DNA of 64,000 nucleotides from Heteronotia binoei (taxonomy: Eukaryota). The notes under the pieces were generated by a model that was not told where the DNA came from, did not search any database, and saw only the letters and a program-made list of their open reading frames with translations. Positions 48,098 to 62,383 of this stretch are shown here, piece after piece (within the stretch, counting starts at the first letter, position 1; each line of letters starts with the position of its first letter). The DNA is taken from positions 24,924,001-24,988,000 of the forward strand of contig NC_083227.1 of assembly GCF_032191835.1 (NCBI RefSeq), given 5' to 3'. The translations under genes and the position numbers were made by a program.

Positions 48098-48130
48098 TGA
48101 AGTTCCTTTTCTTCCCAGTGCTGGAAATAA

Positions 48131-49168
<1,038 letters not shown>

Positions 49169-49185
49169 AAACTGTTTGTTGTGGG

Positions 49186-49191
49186 AATAAA
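49186..49191 (+). terminator. candidate polyadenylation signal of gene D
   Basis: AATAAA 17 nt after the stop codon. Confidence 0.4.
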
Positions 49192-49950
49192 AATGGGATT
49201 TCCTTTAATTCAGCTGGTTTATTTCTTGTAAGGGGTTTTGGGAACCTCATCAGACTCCCAGAAGATATTTTTGTTTTGATTAGGGATGTAACTAAAGAGC
49301 AGTTTTCTTTGAAGGTGTGCTCATTAATTGGGACATTTTCTTACATTTCTAGCAGAAAAAAAAACAAAAAGTCCAGTAGCACTTTTAAGACTAACAAAAT
49401 GTGTAAAAAGGTAAAGGTAGTCCCCTGTGCAAGCACCAGTCGTTTCCAACTCTGAGGTGACGTTGCTTTCACAACGTTTTCATGGCAGACTTTTAACGGG
49501 GTGGTTTGCCATTGCCTTCCCCAGTCACAAAATGTGTAGCAGGGTATTTTATTAGTCTTTAAGGTGCTGCTGGACTCCTGCTCTTTTCTACTGCTACCGA
49601 AAGACTAACACAGCTTCCCGTCTTGACCTTGCATTTCTAGTAGATGTAATGTGAAGAAATGCTTTTGAGGCTGTAGGATTGTTGTTGAAACCTGGATTAT
49701 AGAACTAGATTAAGAAAATGAATATAGTCTCATAATTTGGACCCGTGAAACTATAATAAGCCTGAGGTACTTCCATGGGGATCTTGGACATTGGTGTAAA
49801 TTTTAATTATAGCAAACCCGATGCTCTGAATTTATTTGTTTGGTTTTTGTGCATCTCCTTTCTCCCCAGTAGAGACCCAGGCATTTTACATCATTCTGTT
49901 TTATCCTTACAAAAACTGTGTGAGGTAGGTTAGGCTGAGAGTGTCTGATA

Positions 49951-50622
49951 CAGGCCCGTAGCTGCAATGGGGCCTAGGGGGGCAGGCCCATCCTTTAAAA
50001 AAAAAACCCCAAACCCTCCAACTGTGTGGCCCCTCCATTGGAGGACCCCAGTCTGTCTCCTTTGCTCACCACAACTCTGAACAAGTAGTAGCATTGCTGC
50101 TGGTCTTTTTGCTTTTTTTCTCTCCTCTTCCCTAACACAACATGCAGAACAAAAAGGGGGGAGTCTTCTTGCAGCTGCTGCAATGGCCTTGGGTCAGCCA
50201 TAGCTCTCAGAGTTGTCCTTGAAAGGGCAGCTGCTGTGAGAGCCCTTTCATCCCCACCCACCTCGCAGGGTGTCTGTTTTGAGGGGAGAAGATATAGGAG
50301 ATTGTAATCCGCTCTAAGTCTCTGATTCAGAAAGAAGGGCGGGGTATAAATGTGCAATTCTTCTTGCAGCCAGCCTTCCGAGCACCCAACTTCAGTTCAA
50401 GAGGTCTCCGTCTCTCTGAGAGAGTGGCACATAAGAAAGGAGGTGGGGGAGCGGAGCTGCTGTGACTGCCCTGGTGAGGAGGGGTTAGCTTGCGGAACTC
50501 AAGGCAGCTTACAGTGCGCGGAGCCTTGGGCTGCCAAAACACATGCCCCCCCCCCACCCTCCCCAAACAACAAATCCTGCTGTGGGCCCCACCAAAAATG
50601 AAATCCCAGCTACAGCCCTAGT
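49951..50622. mobile_element. CAGGCCCGTAGC-TIR element with nested Squam2-like SINE (about 50165-50362)
   Basis: Internal sequence is the reverse complement of 60060-60330; termini CAGGCCCGTAGCTG / CAGCTACAGCCCT. Confidence 0.7.
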
Positions 50623-51049
50623 CTGACAGGTTCAAGTCACCATGGGAGTGTGGGGATTCAAACCTGGTCCAGCGCTCTAACCACTAGCTTCCCCGATAAA
50701 ATAAATACATTTTTTGGAACATATTATTTCCCACTTAATAACAACCACAGTCTGATACAATTCCCATCACTGCTGAATCTTTGTTCAGAAGTGGTGAATT
50801 TTTATGCCACAGATGTCCCATATTGCCGCTTAAGCCAGACAGAATTACAGAACTGGACCCCTTTGCTGAGATCCTATGACAGTGGTAGAGCCTCTGCTTG
50901 GTGTGCAGAAAGTGCCAGGTTCAATCCCTGGAATCTCCAGGGTTTTTTTTTTAACGGGCCAAGCCGAAAGTGATGAAAGAGACCTCTGCCAAAGACCCTG
51001 GAAAGCTGCTGCCAGTTTAAGTGGACAATACTGACCTCCATGGACCAAG

Positions 51050-51487
51050 GTGAGGAGTCTGGAGACCAAGTCCTATGAGGAAAGGTTGAAGGAGCTGGGC
51101 ATGTTTAGCCTGGAGAGGAGGCGGCTGAGAGGTGATGTGATCACCATCTTCAAGTACTTGAAGGACTGTCATATAGAGGATGTTGTGGAATTGTTTTCTG
51201 TGGCCCCAGAAGGTAGGAGCAGAACCAATGGGTTGAAATTAAATCAAAAGAGTTTCCGGCTCAACATTAGGAAGAACTTCCTGACGGTTAGAGAGGTTCC
51301 TCAGTGGAACAGGCTTCCTCAGGAGTTGGTGAGCTCTCCTTCCTTGGAGGTTTTTAAACAGGCAAGATGGCCATCTGACAGCAATGAAGATCCTGTGAAT
51401 TTAGGGGAAGGGGTATTTGTGAATTTTCTGCATTATACAGGGGGTTGGACTGTATGACCCTGGAGATCCCTTCCAACTATGATTCTA
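51050..51487 (+). mobile_element. CR1 3' end with intact ORF2 tail
   Basis: 135-aa ORF SYEERLKELGMFSLERRRLRGD...IRKNFLTVREVPQWNRLP and an ATGATTCTA tail; abuts a tRNA-SINE head at about 50873-51048. Confidence 0.9.
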
Positions 51488-51915
51488 AGTGTCTGTTATT
51501 ATTTTTCATACGTCAAAGTTACACACAGGAAGCATATACTACAAAATACTTAACCAATTTGATAAAATGGGTATGCAGACTGATTGGCTGGTCCCCCTAA
51601 ATATTAAACCCACTCAATTACAGCTGGGGTGAGTTCAGAGATCTCTCTCACATCTCTCTGGAAAGCACGATGCTCATATTCCTGTGACAGATACGAAGTA
51701 GTTTGGTGGGCTGCATCACAATTGCATTCAGGCCCTGGTATTTTGTCCCATTTAAGCATCAAGCCTGCACAATTGCCAAAACCTGTTTGCATTCTTTTGG
51801 CCTGTTGTCCAAACTTTATGTGGCAAGTCTAATCCTGAAGGCTTCTCAGTGTCTTATTGGGTTACTGATTGCACCCATGTTCGCAACCATTAATTCCCTG
51901 CACACTAAAGACAGA

Positions 51916-52046
51916 GGCTGCAATCACACACAGCAATGCACTTTCCAACTGGATTTTGCCAGTTCACACAGTAAAATCTAGTTGTAAAATGCACTGAAAG
52001 TGGATTGAAAGTTCATTATTGTGTTTGTGTGTGTGTGATTGCAGCC
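51916..52046. mobile_element. PIF/Harbinger-type MITE
   Basis: TIR GGCTGCAATCACACA / TGTGTGATTGCAGCC with 3-bp TSD AGA. Confidence 0.7.
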
Positions 52047-52405
52047 AGAGTCTTCAAGCTGGCCAACGTTATTCCATCAGAATCCTGATACTTTAAAAAC
52101 AGCCTACACCCCTTACAAAATAAAACCAACGTCCGATGGCTAACGACATTTATTTAAAGCAAATTGGCACCTTAAGGCCAACAAAGTTTTATTCCTGGTA
52201 TAAGCTTTCGTGTGCACGCATGTTTCCTCAGATACATCTATTGAAGAAGGAGCTTTCGTAGATTCAGCAACCCACTAAAGGTAAAGGTGCAAAAATCCTG
52301 TGCAAACACCAGTCGTTTCCGACTCGGGTGACGTCGCATCGCGTTTTCATGGAGGACTTTTTATGGGGTGATTTGCCATTGCCTTCCTCAGTCATCTACA
52401 GCAGC

Positions 52406-52939
52406 TAGGGTTGGCAAGTCCAATTTAAGAAATATCTGGGGACTTTGGGGGTGGAGTCAGGAGACTTTGGGGGGTGGAGTCAGGAGACATTAGGGATGGA
52501 GCCAAGATCAAGTCTGTGACAAGCATAATTGAACTCCAAAGGGAGTTCTGGCCATCACATTTAAAGGGACAGCACACCTTTTCAATGCCTTCCTTCCATA
52601 GGAAATAATGAAGGATAGGGGCACCTTCTTTTGGGGCTCATAGAATTGAACCCCCTGGTCCAATCGTTTTGAAATTTGGGGGATATTTTGGGGAGGGGCA
52701 CTAGATGCTGCACTGAAAATTTGGTGCCTCTACCTCAAAAAACAGCCCCCCCCCCAGAGCCGCAGATACCCGCGGATCAATTCTCCATGATTTTCTATGG
52801 TAATAAATCTCCCTAGGGGATAACAGAGTTCCCAGCAGACATTTCCCTCCCCTCCCCCCACTTTCTGATAACCCTGAAGAGGGAGGAGGCCCTCCAAACC
52901 GGGGGATCCCCTGCCCCCACCTGGGGATTGGCAACCCTA
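52406..52939. mobile_element. TAGGGTTGCCA-family hAT element inside a minus-strand Sauria SINE (about 52277-52405)
   Basis: Perfect TSD ACAGCAGC at 52398-52405 and 52940-52947. Confidence 0.9.
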
Positions 52940-53159
52940 ACAGCAGCCCAATACATCGGCACAAATTCCACAGGTGAAGTTTCCAGGTGAGAAATGGAGC
53001 TTCACCAGCTGAACTGCTGCATGCAACCCCCTAGTCCAGGGGTGGCCAACAGTAGCCTACAACTCCCATCAGCCCCAACCAGCATGGACAAAAAAATCTG
53101 GAGAGCTACCGTTGGCCACCCCTGCCCTATCTTTCCTCCCTCCACGTTCCTTTCCCTCC

Positions 53160-53560
53160 CCTCAAGCTAAAAGATGGCCGCCATTTTAGTTGTTATGGTT
53201 ACGGAGAAACGGCGGGCCTATTGCGGCTCCGCTTGAAACCCAGCCCGGTGGACTAAAACCCGCGAGAGGACGCCTAGAGAGGACTTGAGGGGGGGGATTT
53301 AGGGGGGGGAGGAAATGAGAGGAGGAGATGGAAGATGGCCGCCCAGCTCGTTGCCATGGCTACAGGAGACCGGCGCGTCTAGATAAGCTAGGGAGGAAGT
53401 TGCTTAGAAAGGTTTCAAGCATGTTTTGTGTCTCTATGGTGCAAGCCCTTTCAGGCCCCGCCTTCTTGTGTGCAAGAGCGGAGAGAGGCGCTTAGACGCC
53501 TGCATGGATGCTGTTGGTAAGCGGTGGAATTGGGCTGGCGGCGTGAAGGCAGCGCAGTCC
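53160..53560 (+). promoter_or_regulatory. CpG-rich promoter candidate of locus E with duplicated YY1 + RFX X-box module
   Basis: AAGATGGCCGCC at 53171 and 53332, each followed after 6 nt by GTTG(T/C)(T/C)ATGG(T/C)TAC (53189, 53350). Candidate donor TTG|GTAAGC at about 53517. Confidence 0.6.
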
Positions 53561-53841
53561 GGTGTTGTGCATTGAGCTTTATTGGTTATAATCTGGGGTA
53601 TCGCCTGATCTATTGCACAGACTATTGGGGTGCAGTGTGATTTTATTTTATTGCATTGCTTATTGTGGAGTATAGGCAAAGTAAATAAATACAAAATCTG
53701 TTACATTGGGCCGAAGTGGGTAATCACTTCGGCAATTCCGAGCCAGATGTGCTAGCCCTGTAAAAAGTTGCAGGGAGGGTGTCTGGGGATTTTGGTCGCC
53801 CTGGTTTTTTTGCTGGTAGGTGCAAGAAGCTGGTGGGTAAA

Positions 53842-54312
53842 TAGGCTTGTCAAGTCCAATTCAAGAAATATTTGGGGACTTTGGGGGGTGGAGCTAGGAG
53901 CAAGGTTGTGACAAGCATTATTGACCCCTAAAGGGAGTTCTGGTTGCACACCTTTTAAATGCCTTCCCTCCACTAGAAATAATGAAGGATAGGGGCACCT
54001 TCTTTGGGGGCTCATAGAATTGGACACCTGGTCCCATCTTTTTGAAACTTGGAGGGTATTTTGAGGAGAGTCACCGGATGCTATGCTGCAAATTTGGTGC
54101 CTCTGCCTCAAAAAACAGCCCCCCCCCCGAGCCCCAGATACCCACAGATTAATTCTCTATTATGCCCTATGGGAATTGGTCTCCATAGGGAATAATGGAG
54201 TGCCCAGCAGACATTTCCCTCCCCCTCCACACACTTTCTGATGACCCTGGAGTGGGGGGAGGGCCCCCAAACTGGGGGATCCCCTGCCCCCACCTGGGGA
54301 TTGGCAACCCTA
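53842..54312. mobile_element. TAGGGTTGCCA-family hAT element
   Basis: Perfect TSD TGGGTAAA at 53834-53841 and 54313-54320. Confidence 0.9.
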
Positions 54313-55617
54313 TGGGTAAATTACACAGGTGAACCCTGTGGTTACATAGTGGAGAGGGGCATCAGATGGCAAAGAAGGGAGATATCATGGGGGTGGAGAG
54401 AAAGCTGGCGTTTTGGCTGTGAAGACCACCTGCAGTCAGATCTCATATTAAGCTCTTTTGGTCCCCTGTTGGAAGCAAATTGCATATCTTGACATGGGTG
54501 TGAGGTTGATTAGGTTGAGAGAGGCAGACAGTCAGCAACAGTTAATATTTCCTCTGGCCATCCAGCAACTCAGGTGGAACTCTGCTGAAGCCCATTTAAA
54601 TTAGTTATCCAGATATCCACACACAACAGAATTTGATTCATATTGCCTGGAGTGACAGCAGTAGCATTCAAACTTTTAAAATGTTGTGAGCCACTCTGAG
54701 CCCTGTGTTGCGGGAGAGTGGTGGGATTGAAATCGAATAAATAAATAGGAACATAAGGGAAGCCATGTTTGATCAGGCTAATGGCCCATCCAATCCGACA
54801 CTCTGTGTCACACAGTGGCCAAAAAACACCCAGGTGCCATCAGGAGGTCCATCAGTGGGGCCAGGACACTAGAAGCCCTCCCACTGTGCCCCCCGCAAGC
54901 ACCAAGAATACAGAGCATCACTGCCCCAGACAGAGAGTTCCATCAATACGCTGTAGTTCTGCATGGAGCACAGAAATATTTGTCTCTTGCTGCTGTGCTG
55001 CTCTGTCACTGACTTAAATTTGCTAATGGAGAACTCAGAGGGATTGAGTGACCTTATGAGTGCCTGTATTTATGTGGGATCTCAAAGGGAAACTTTCCTT
55101 CATGCTTTCATTATGTCTCTGTTTTGTTTTTTATCTTAGGGTAGCCAGCCATTTCCTGGACAACACCTGTAAAAGGCCCCCCCCCCCCTTGGTGCTTTGT
55201 AGACTCCCCAGAAACATCTGTTAGTCCCTGTGGGACCAGCATATAGGTGGGCAGCTATCTGGCAACTGGGTAAATTGAATATGGTTGAGGTAGCAGGTGC
55301 CCTATTATTCCATCATTTGGCCTCCCTTGTGGTAACATCATGCTCATTACAGTGCAACTGGTTGTGATATGCTGTGCCCTGTCTGCCAATGGTGTGTTTT
55401 ATTTATTGTTTTTACTGTTAATTTAAACCGGTGTTTTAACTTTGATATGTAAGCTTTTATTGCTGTGATCCGCCTTGAGCCTGTAATGGGAAAAGGTGGA
55501 ATATAAGCCTATTAAAATAAATAAATAAATGTACAGCAATCTTTTTGAAGATACAGGGTCTGGAGAGGTAGCGAGAGGCCATTTGGAATTAGGGTCGTTC
55601 TTGCCCTGAAAGGCTAA

Positions 55618-56299
55618 ATGGCTGCCATTCAAGGGGCTGAAGGGGCCTTGGCTGTTCTACTGTTAGCAGTCAAAATGGAGGATCTTGGTCTGGTAGGACT
55701 TGAGAGAGAGGGAAGACCCTCTTGTGATTCCAAGGCTGGGGAGGAACAGGATTTTCTGAAATGGGGGCAACTGAAGGAGGAACCAGATGTCAAGAAGCTT
55801 CAGCAGGGTTCAGAATCACAGGAACATCTTGAGGTGACCCGCTTAGAATGGGGAAGCCCACAAGCACCACGGCCTGTGTGATGGGATAACACTAAGGACA
55901 CCTGAGAAGCTGCTGATGTTGACCGAAGGCCCCAAGCTGTGAGAAGGTTAGAGACCAGAAATGAGGGGGAGTGTCTGAAGGAGAGAGAAGAGACCACCAC
56001 GGATGATGATCCAAGTGCCACTGACATGCGGCGAAAGCTGTTCAGGGAATTCCTCTTCCAGGAGGCTGAGGGGCCCTATGTGGCCTGTGGCAGTCTCTGG
56101 TACCTCAGCCATCAGTGGCTGAAGCCGGAGAGGCACACTAAGGAGCAAATCCTGGAGCTGGTGACCCTGGAGCAGTTCCTGGCCATACTAGATCCAGTGC
56201 TGGGTCAAAGCTGGCCACCCACAAAGCTGTGCCCAGGCGGTGGCCCTGGCGGAAGGCTTCCTGCTGAAGCAGAGGGAGAGCAAGAAGCTGGAAGAACAG
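55618..56299 (+). pseudogene. locus E exon 1: disabled SCAN exon
   Basis: In-frame TGA at 55879-55881 and 55903-55905. Frameshift at about 56189 after EQFLAIL; the shifted frame restores [26 protein letters not shown] and the donor GAACAG|GTAAGG. Confidence 0.9.
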
Positions 56300-57148
56300 G
56301 TAAGGAAGTCTCCTGGGAAATCGAAAAGATTTATGTGCATGTAATGGTGGCAAGGAGCAGGCAACAGCCTGTTCCTATCAGCATTAGCCACTGCCTTTTG
56401 TAGCCCACACATCACAGATTTTTTTGGAAGGAGGAGGTATCTGTTCCAGTGTTGAACATCATAAGAACTTAAGAAGAGCCCTGCTGGGTCAGACCAGTGG
56501 TCCATCTGGTCCAGCATCCTGTCTCACGCAGTGGCCAAGCAGTTCCTCTGGAGGGCCAAGAAGAAGGCAGAGGTTGAGGCCTTTGCCTGATGTTGCCTCC
56601 TGGCTCTGGGATTCAGAGGCAGAATACCTCTGAACATCGAAGTTCCCCTCAGTCATCGTGGCCACTGATAGACTTATCCTTCATGAATCTAACAAGTTGT
56701 ATGTTGTATATAGTGCATTTTATGTGTTTATTGTGACATTTTTATTTATGACTGGAACCCGCCCTGAGCCTGTTTTGGCGGGATGGATGGATGGGGTAGA
56801 AATCCCGTCAAATAAATATTTCTAATCCCCCTTTAAAGCTTATTCCTATGGCCATCACTACATCTTCTGGCAGCAAATTCCGTATTTTAATCACTTTCTG
56901 TGTTTCGATGTATTTTGAATAGTTTTGATGATGTATGTTTTTTTGGGGGGGAGGGGGTTAATGGTTGTAAAATGCAATTTAATTATGTATGTTTTAATTT
57001 GTTAGCTACCTTGGCAGCTCTGGTGAGGGCAGAAGGGTGGGATACAATAAAATAAATAAAATCTTGTAAAATAAATATAAGTGAAATATTGGGAGTAAAT
57101 GCATAAACTCTGAGCGGCAGTGAACTGCGCCTTCCCTGCTCTTTTAAG

Positions 57149-57251
57149 GTGGTGATGCCAATCCAGGTGACAACTGTGGCCTCTGGAACTCCAATGGATG
57201 CTGGGAAGAGGCAAGTGGGGACCAAGGATGGCAGGGATGCCAGCACACTGG
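57149..57251 (+). pseudogene. locus E exon 2 (103 nt)
   Basis: Acceptor CTCTTTTAAG|GTG, donor CTGG|GTGAGC, phase 0 to 1. Peptide VVMPIQVTTVASGTPMDAGKRQVGTKDGRDASTLG. Confidence 0.75.
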
Positions 57252-59092
57252 GTGAGCTCCCTTGTACCAGAATTTGGAGATTTTCCTGGGTCAGGTTTGG
57301 GCTGGGATGCCAAACTCTTTTTCCTGCAAGCAGTATTCCAAAGGAGGCAGAACAATAGATCTGTACAAAAGCGTTACTACAGTGGCCATTTTATTTTCAG
57401 TCCTTTTACAAGTAATTTCTATTGTTTGCCTTTTTCACCACTGTCACACACTGGATCAGGGGTGGCCAAACTGCGGCTCGGGAGCCACATGTGACTCTTT
57501 CACAGATATTGTGTGGTTCTCAAATCCCCAACTGCTCCAATGGCCAGCTTGGAGAAGGCATTTCTCTCTTTAAATCATTTCTCCAAACCAAGCCAGCCAG
57601 CAGCTTGGAGAATGCATTTAAAGTTAACATTGCTTTCTTTCCATCTCTCCCTCCCTTCATTCGCCCACTCCTGCACTTTGGCCACTCCTGCTCTGGATCA
57701 GCATTTTCATCAAGCTTTCCACTACAACCTCAAGACCTCTTTCCGTCTCAGTCTTGATCTATTTCAGTAGATTTTATTTCTCTTCCACTGGAGGTTGTCA
57801 TGGCACTTCAGTTTTCTCTATCCCTTTCCAGAGCATCACTTGCGCTGTTTATTAGCACCATATACGTTTGGTATTATAATATGTTGCAATTAGTAAGAGG
57901 AGAGTTTTGGATTTATTTAACCTGCGCTGCCAGTCAAACAAATTCATAACCTGATTTTTAATTTGGATTATTATATGTCCTTATAGTTTATTTCTCTTCC
58001 ACCCCAATTTAAAAACCATTAACCTCTTTAATGGTAAGCGTGTAGGGGGTGAGCTTTCTGCCACTGCGCCTTCCATCCAGTTTCTTCCTCGGTTATGCTT
58101 ACTCTGAAAGCAAGCTTGAATTTTCTCCTAGTGCAAAATGCAGGAGGCAAGTGGATAACAGGACTCAGGGAGGGACTGGGTCACACACTAAGCGTCAGGG
58201 GGGGGGAAATTATAATGTCGTGTGGCATAAAGGCGAACAACTCGTTATTTGGACAAGCTTTTGTGGACCAGAACCCGTTTTGTCAGACTCACACAATAAT
58301 GGGTTTACATTGCAGGAGAAAAGGTACCAGCTGGATATTAGGATTTTTTTTTTTTTGAAAGAAGGTTATTCCCTCTCTTGAAATGTCAGTATAAGAACTT
58401 AATTAAGCGAAAAAAGAGGGAGCAGGTGGAAGGAAGTCATTTTAGGCATTTTACTTAAAGAGGAAAATGACAGTCCCATTTGGCAAGAACGTAGATCCTT
58501 TCAGCAAGGTGAAAACTTAGCTTCTGATATTCCATTGTCTATCTGGGAATGCTATTTCGAAGGTACATTTAAAGACACTGTGGGAGGACCTACCTCTTCT
58601 TTTAATATTGGCATCTCCCAGTTACCAGATTTGCCTCTGGCGTCCTCTGTGCCATTTCACAATTTCTAGAGACAGTCACTCAAATAACATCCATTACAAC
58701 TTTCACACTGCCACGCTGCCTTAGTGTTGTATTGGCCCGGCAATCATTAGATTCATTGTTGTTAGCAGGACTCAAGATTCAGCAGGAGCACAGCTCCTGA
58801 ACCTTTCTGAGGGTTCCCCCTCTTCCTCCCCACCTATCTTGTCCTTTGAATAGTAGATGCAGCTGCATAACGATCCCTGGATTAGGAGAGCAGGCAGCCA
58901 GCCAGTTATACCCTTCCAAACCCACTGACTTCAGTGGTCATGGATAGGATTGTACTATAATAGTCTGACTGGTCTTGTTAAGCCTGGTAGATTTAGTTTT
59001 TAAGTAAAACTAAATATAGAGGCTCTGATTCCATCCTTTCTCCTCTGTGCTTTGGAACGACTTGCGTAAAGTTTCTGTGTTTGTTCTGGCAG

Positions 59093-59624
59093 GCGACGGG
59101 TGGGCGAGCGAGAACAAACAGGAGAATCCTCTGCTAGAAAATCCTGGCCAACTGAAGCCTGCCTGCCAAGAAGACGGAGAGTCAGCTGCAAATTGGAATG
59201 GATCAGAGAGAGGAAGGGGATGCTGCCTGGAAGAGAGCCCAGCCCATTCTGGCACAACGGCTCTCCAGCAAAGACGGCTCAAAGACAACAAGTGGCACAA
59301 GTGCTTCCGACAGAGTTCCTCGTTCACGTGCCATCTGAGAATCCACACAGAGGAGAGACCGTTTGATTGCTCCACCTGCGGGAAAGCCTTCGCTATGTGC
59401 TCAGACCTTACAAAACGTTATAGGACCCAAGCTTGGAAAAGTCCTATAAGTGCCCCGAATGCGGGAGGAGATTCCGCCGCCACTCCTCTTTCGCCAACCA
59501 CCTGAAAAGCCACAGAGGAGAGCTGCCGTTCAGATGCTCATACTGTGGGAAATCCTTCAGCGTGAGCACAGTACTGCAGCTTTACCGCTCTGTGCCACGG
59601 GGCTCAAAAAAGCAGTTGCTGTAG
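59093..59624 (+). pseudogene. locus E exon 3: degenerate zinc-finger exon
   Basis: Acceptor TTGTTCTGGCAG|GC. Fingers with lost Cys/His and a frameshift at about 59432; only [23 protein letters not shown] is intact. Confidence 0.85.
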
Positions 59625-59974
59625 AAAGCTAAATTTAAAAAGCCAATTGCTAGTAGCAGGTTAATGGGATGGCATATTTGCCGCGTGAAATTCACAGTGA
59701 TTTATTATGAAGTAGCGCATCTTTTTGTTCTTGTTCCCTTGATGGTAACAAATGTTCCGTTTGTGTCATTCAGAGCTTGTTGAACAGGTGACTTAGGATT
59801 CCATCCTGCTGAGATAAAGTCGCTCCATTGTTGGCATTATCCAGCAACACTCCTATCTTGGTGCAAGTTCGTTCTGTTTTATTGAAAGTTGAGAGGTATG
59901 TAGCCGAACCCCAACTGAAAGTACTTGCTACCAGGTTTAATGTGCCTCTGAAACACATCTCCCAATGTCTCTAG

Positions 59975-60403
59975 CAGGGCTGTAGCCAGGATTTCAGGTT
60001 TGGTGGGGCCTACAGCGGGATTTGTTTGAGGGGCGACCGAGGGGCCACCTGGTTTGGTGGCCTGGGGTCTCGGCACCATAAGCTGCCTTGAGTTCCACAA
60101 GCTAACCCCCCACCCCCATTTCGCTTGGACGGTCACAGCAGCTCTGTTTCCCCCACCCTTTTCTTATGTGCCCCTCTCTCAGAGAGGCAGAGTTCTCGCG
60201 ACTCTCCCCCCCTTTTGCTCCACATGCTGTGTTGGTGAAAGGGGGAGAAAAAAGCGAAAAGACCAGCAGCAATGCTACTACTTGTTTGGAGTGGTGGTGA
60301 GCAAAGGGGACAGACTGGGGGCCCTCTGATGGAGGGGCCATACAGTGGGAAGGGGGGTAGAAAGGATGGGCCTCCCCCCCCCCCCCCAGTAGCTATGGGC
60401 CTG
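59975..60403. mobile_element. CAGGGCTGTAGC-TIR element
   Basis: CAGGGCTGTAGCC ... AGCTATGGGCCTG; flanks GTCTCTAG / GTCTTCAG resemble a decayed 8-bp TSD. Confidence 0.7.
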
Positions 60404-60954
60404 GTCTTCAGCACCATTTTCTTTTTCTGTTCCTGTAGTAGGGTTAACTCTGAAATAAGCGCTGTCTTTGTAACACAAAATGAACAGTCAGCCTCTGAAT
60501 CTCAGAGCTAGGAGTCAACACCAGGGGAAGGTCTCGACCTCTGTGCCTTGTTGCTGTCCATCCAGAGGAACTGGTTGGCCACCGTGTGAGAGAGAATGTT
60601 GGTCTGATCCAACCAATTTTCTGCCTTTCTTATGAGCAATAATTCCTATTGGCAGGGGGGGAAACAGCATGGGACGTGCTTATTAGTTTTGGCTTCTGTG
60701 TTGTGAACCTACAACGGCGGGGCATCCAAATAGCATTCTCTCCTGTTGTCTCCAGCCTTCTCAAACATTATTTCAAATGGTGTCAGATATTTACTACCCC
60801 GCTCTGGACAATCAGATCTCCCGTGGCCAATCAGAAGCCTTGCTGAGCAAAAACTCCACCTGGTTCCACCCACTTTCTAAGAATGCTTAGCAGGCAGCAG
60901 CAAAGGTGTTGGCAGGTGCCATGGGTAGCACTTTGGGGCCCCCTCTTCTAGAGA

Positions 60955-61245
60955 CCCGTGGCCCAGTGTGTTAAAGCTGCAGTACTGCAGTCCTAAGCTC
61001 TGCTCACAACCTGAGTTCGGTCCCCAGCGGAAGCTGGGTTTTCAGGTAGCCGGCTTGAGGTTGACTCAGCCTTCCATCCTTCCGAGGTTGGTAAAATGAG
61101 TACCCAGCTTGCTGGGGGGAAAGTGTAGATGACTGGGGAAGGCAATGGCAAACCACCCCGTAAAAAGTCTGCCATGAAAACGTGAGAGCAACGTCACCAC
61201 AGAGTCGGAAATGACTGGTGCTTGCACAGTGGACCTTTCCTTTCC
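60955..61245 (+). mobile_element. Sauria SINE
   Basis: Collinear with 17040-17343. Confidence 0.88.
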
Positions 61246-61825
61246 TTCTAGAGCTATAGGCTTGAAAGGATTAGACAAAGTAATGTTGATGGGTTCTGTC
61301 AAGTAATATGTGTGGCTGGAACCTCTTGTTTTTGGAGGTGATGCTCTTGATACCAGGTGTGCCTGGGTACAGCTGTCACTGGACAAGAGGAACCTTTTGC
61401 TCACTCCATCAAAGCAAACCTTAGTTTTGGCCACTGGCCATTTTGCGTGGCCTTAGCAGCAAGCCAGGTTTGCACTTTGCAGAGGCCCTGCCCTTCCCAT
61501 CCTCTAAAGTGGGTCAGGGTCATGTTTTGCATCGAGATCTCATCACTGAGCAAATTCCAAAGGGAACGTGACAAGGATGATCCCCTATTCTCTCCTCCCC
61601 CTGACCCACTCAGACTTGGAACTTGGGAGGATGGCAGAAGACCACTGCAGACCCCTGATTTGTAAAAAAAAGAGATCTGCTGATACATACTAAAAATGGA
61701 GCAAAAGTTAGTGGCTGTTATCCACAAGGTAGCCGTGGTGCAGAGTGCCAGTCTGAGTAGACAATACTGACTTTGATGGACCGAGGATCTGATTCAGTAT
61801 AAGGCAGCTTCACAGGTTCATATAG

Positions 61826-62082
61826 TGATAAGCTGTGGTACTACAGTCCAAGCTCTGCTCACGACCTGAGTTCTATCCCAGCGGAATCTGAGTTCAGGTA
61901 GCCGGCTCAAGGTCAACTCAGCCTTCCATCCTTCCGAGGTTGGTAAAATGAGTCCCCAGTCCCCAGCTTGCTGGGGGGAAAGTGTAGATGACTGGGAATG
62001 GCAATAGCAAACCACCCCGTAAACGTCACCCCATGGGTCGGTAACGACTCAGTGCTTGCACAGGTGACGACTTTTACCTTTT
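61826..62082 (+). mobile_element. Sauria SINE
   Basis: Sauria body and TTTTACCTTTT tail. Confidence 0.85.
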
Positions 62083-62383
62083 TATGGGTGGAGCACTCTG
62101 TCTGAGGCAGTGATGCTCTGTATTCTTGGTACTGGGAGGGCTTCTGGAGTTCTGGCCCTGCTGGTGAACCTCTTGATGGCCCCTGGGTTTTGGCTACTGT
62201 GTGACACAGAGTGTTGGACTGGATGAGCCATTGGCCTGATCCAGCATGGCTTCTTACGTTTCTAACAAGATTTCCAGAGTCTTAGTTGTTGACTTGGATA
62301 GCCCAGTCTAAACTGATCTCATCAGATCTTGGAAGCTAAGCAGAGTCACCTTGGTTAGTGTTTGGGTGGAAGACCATCTAGGA

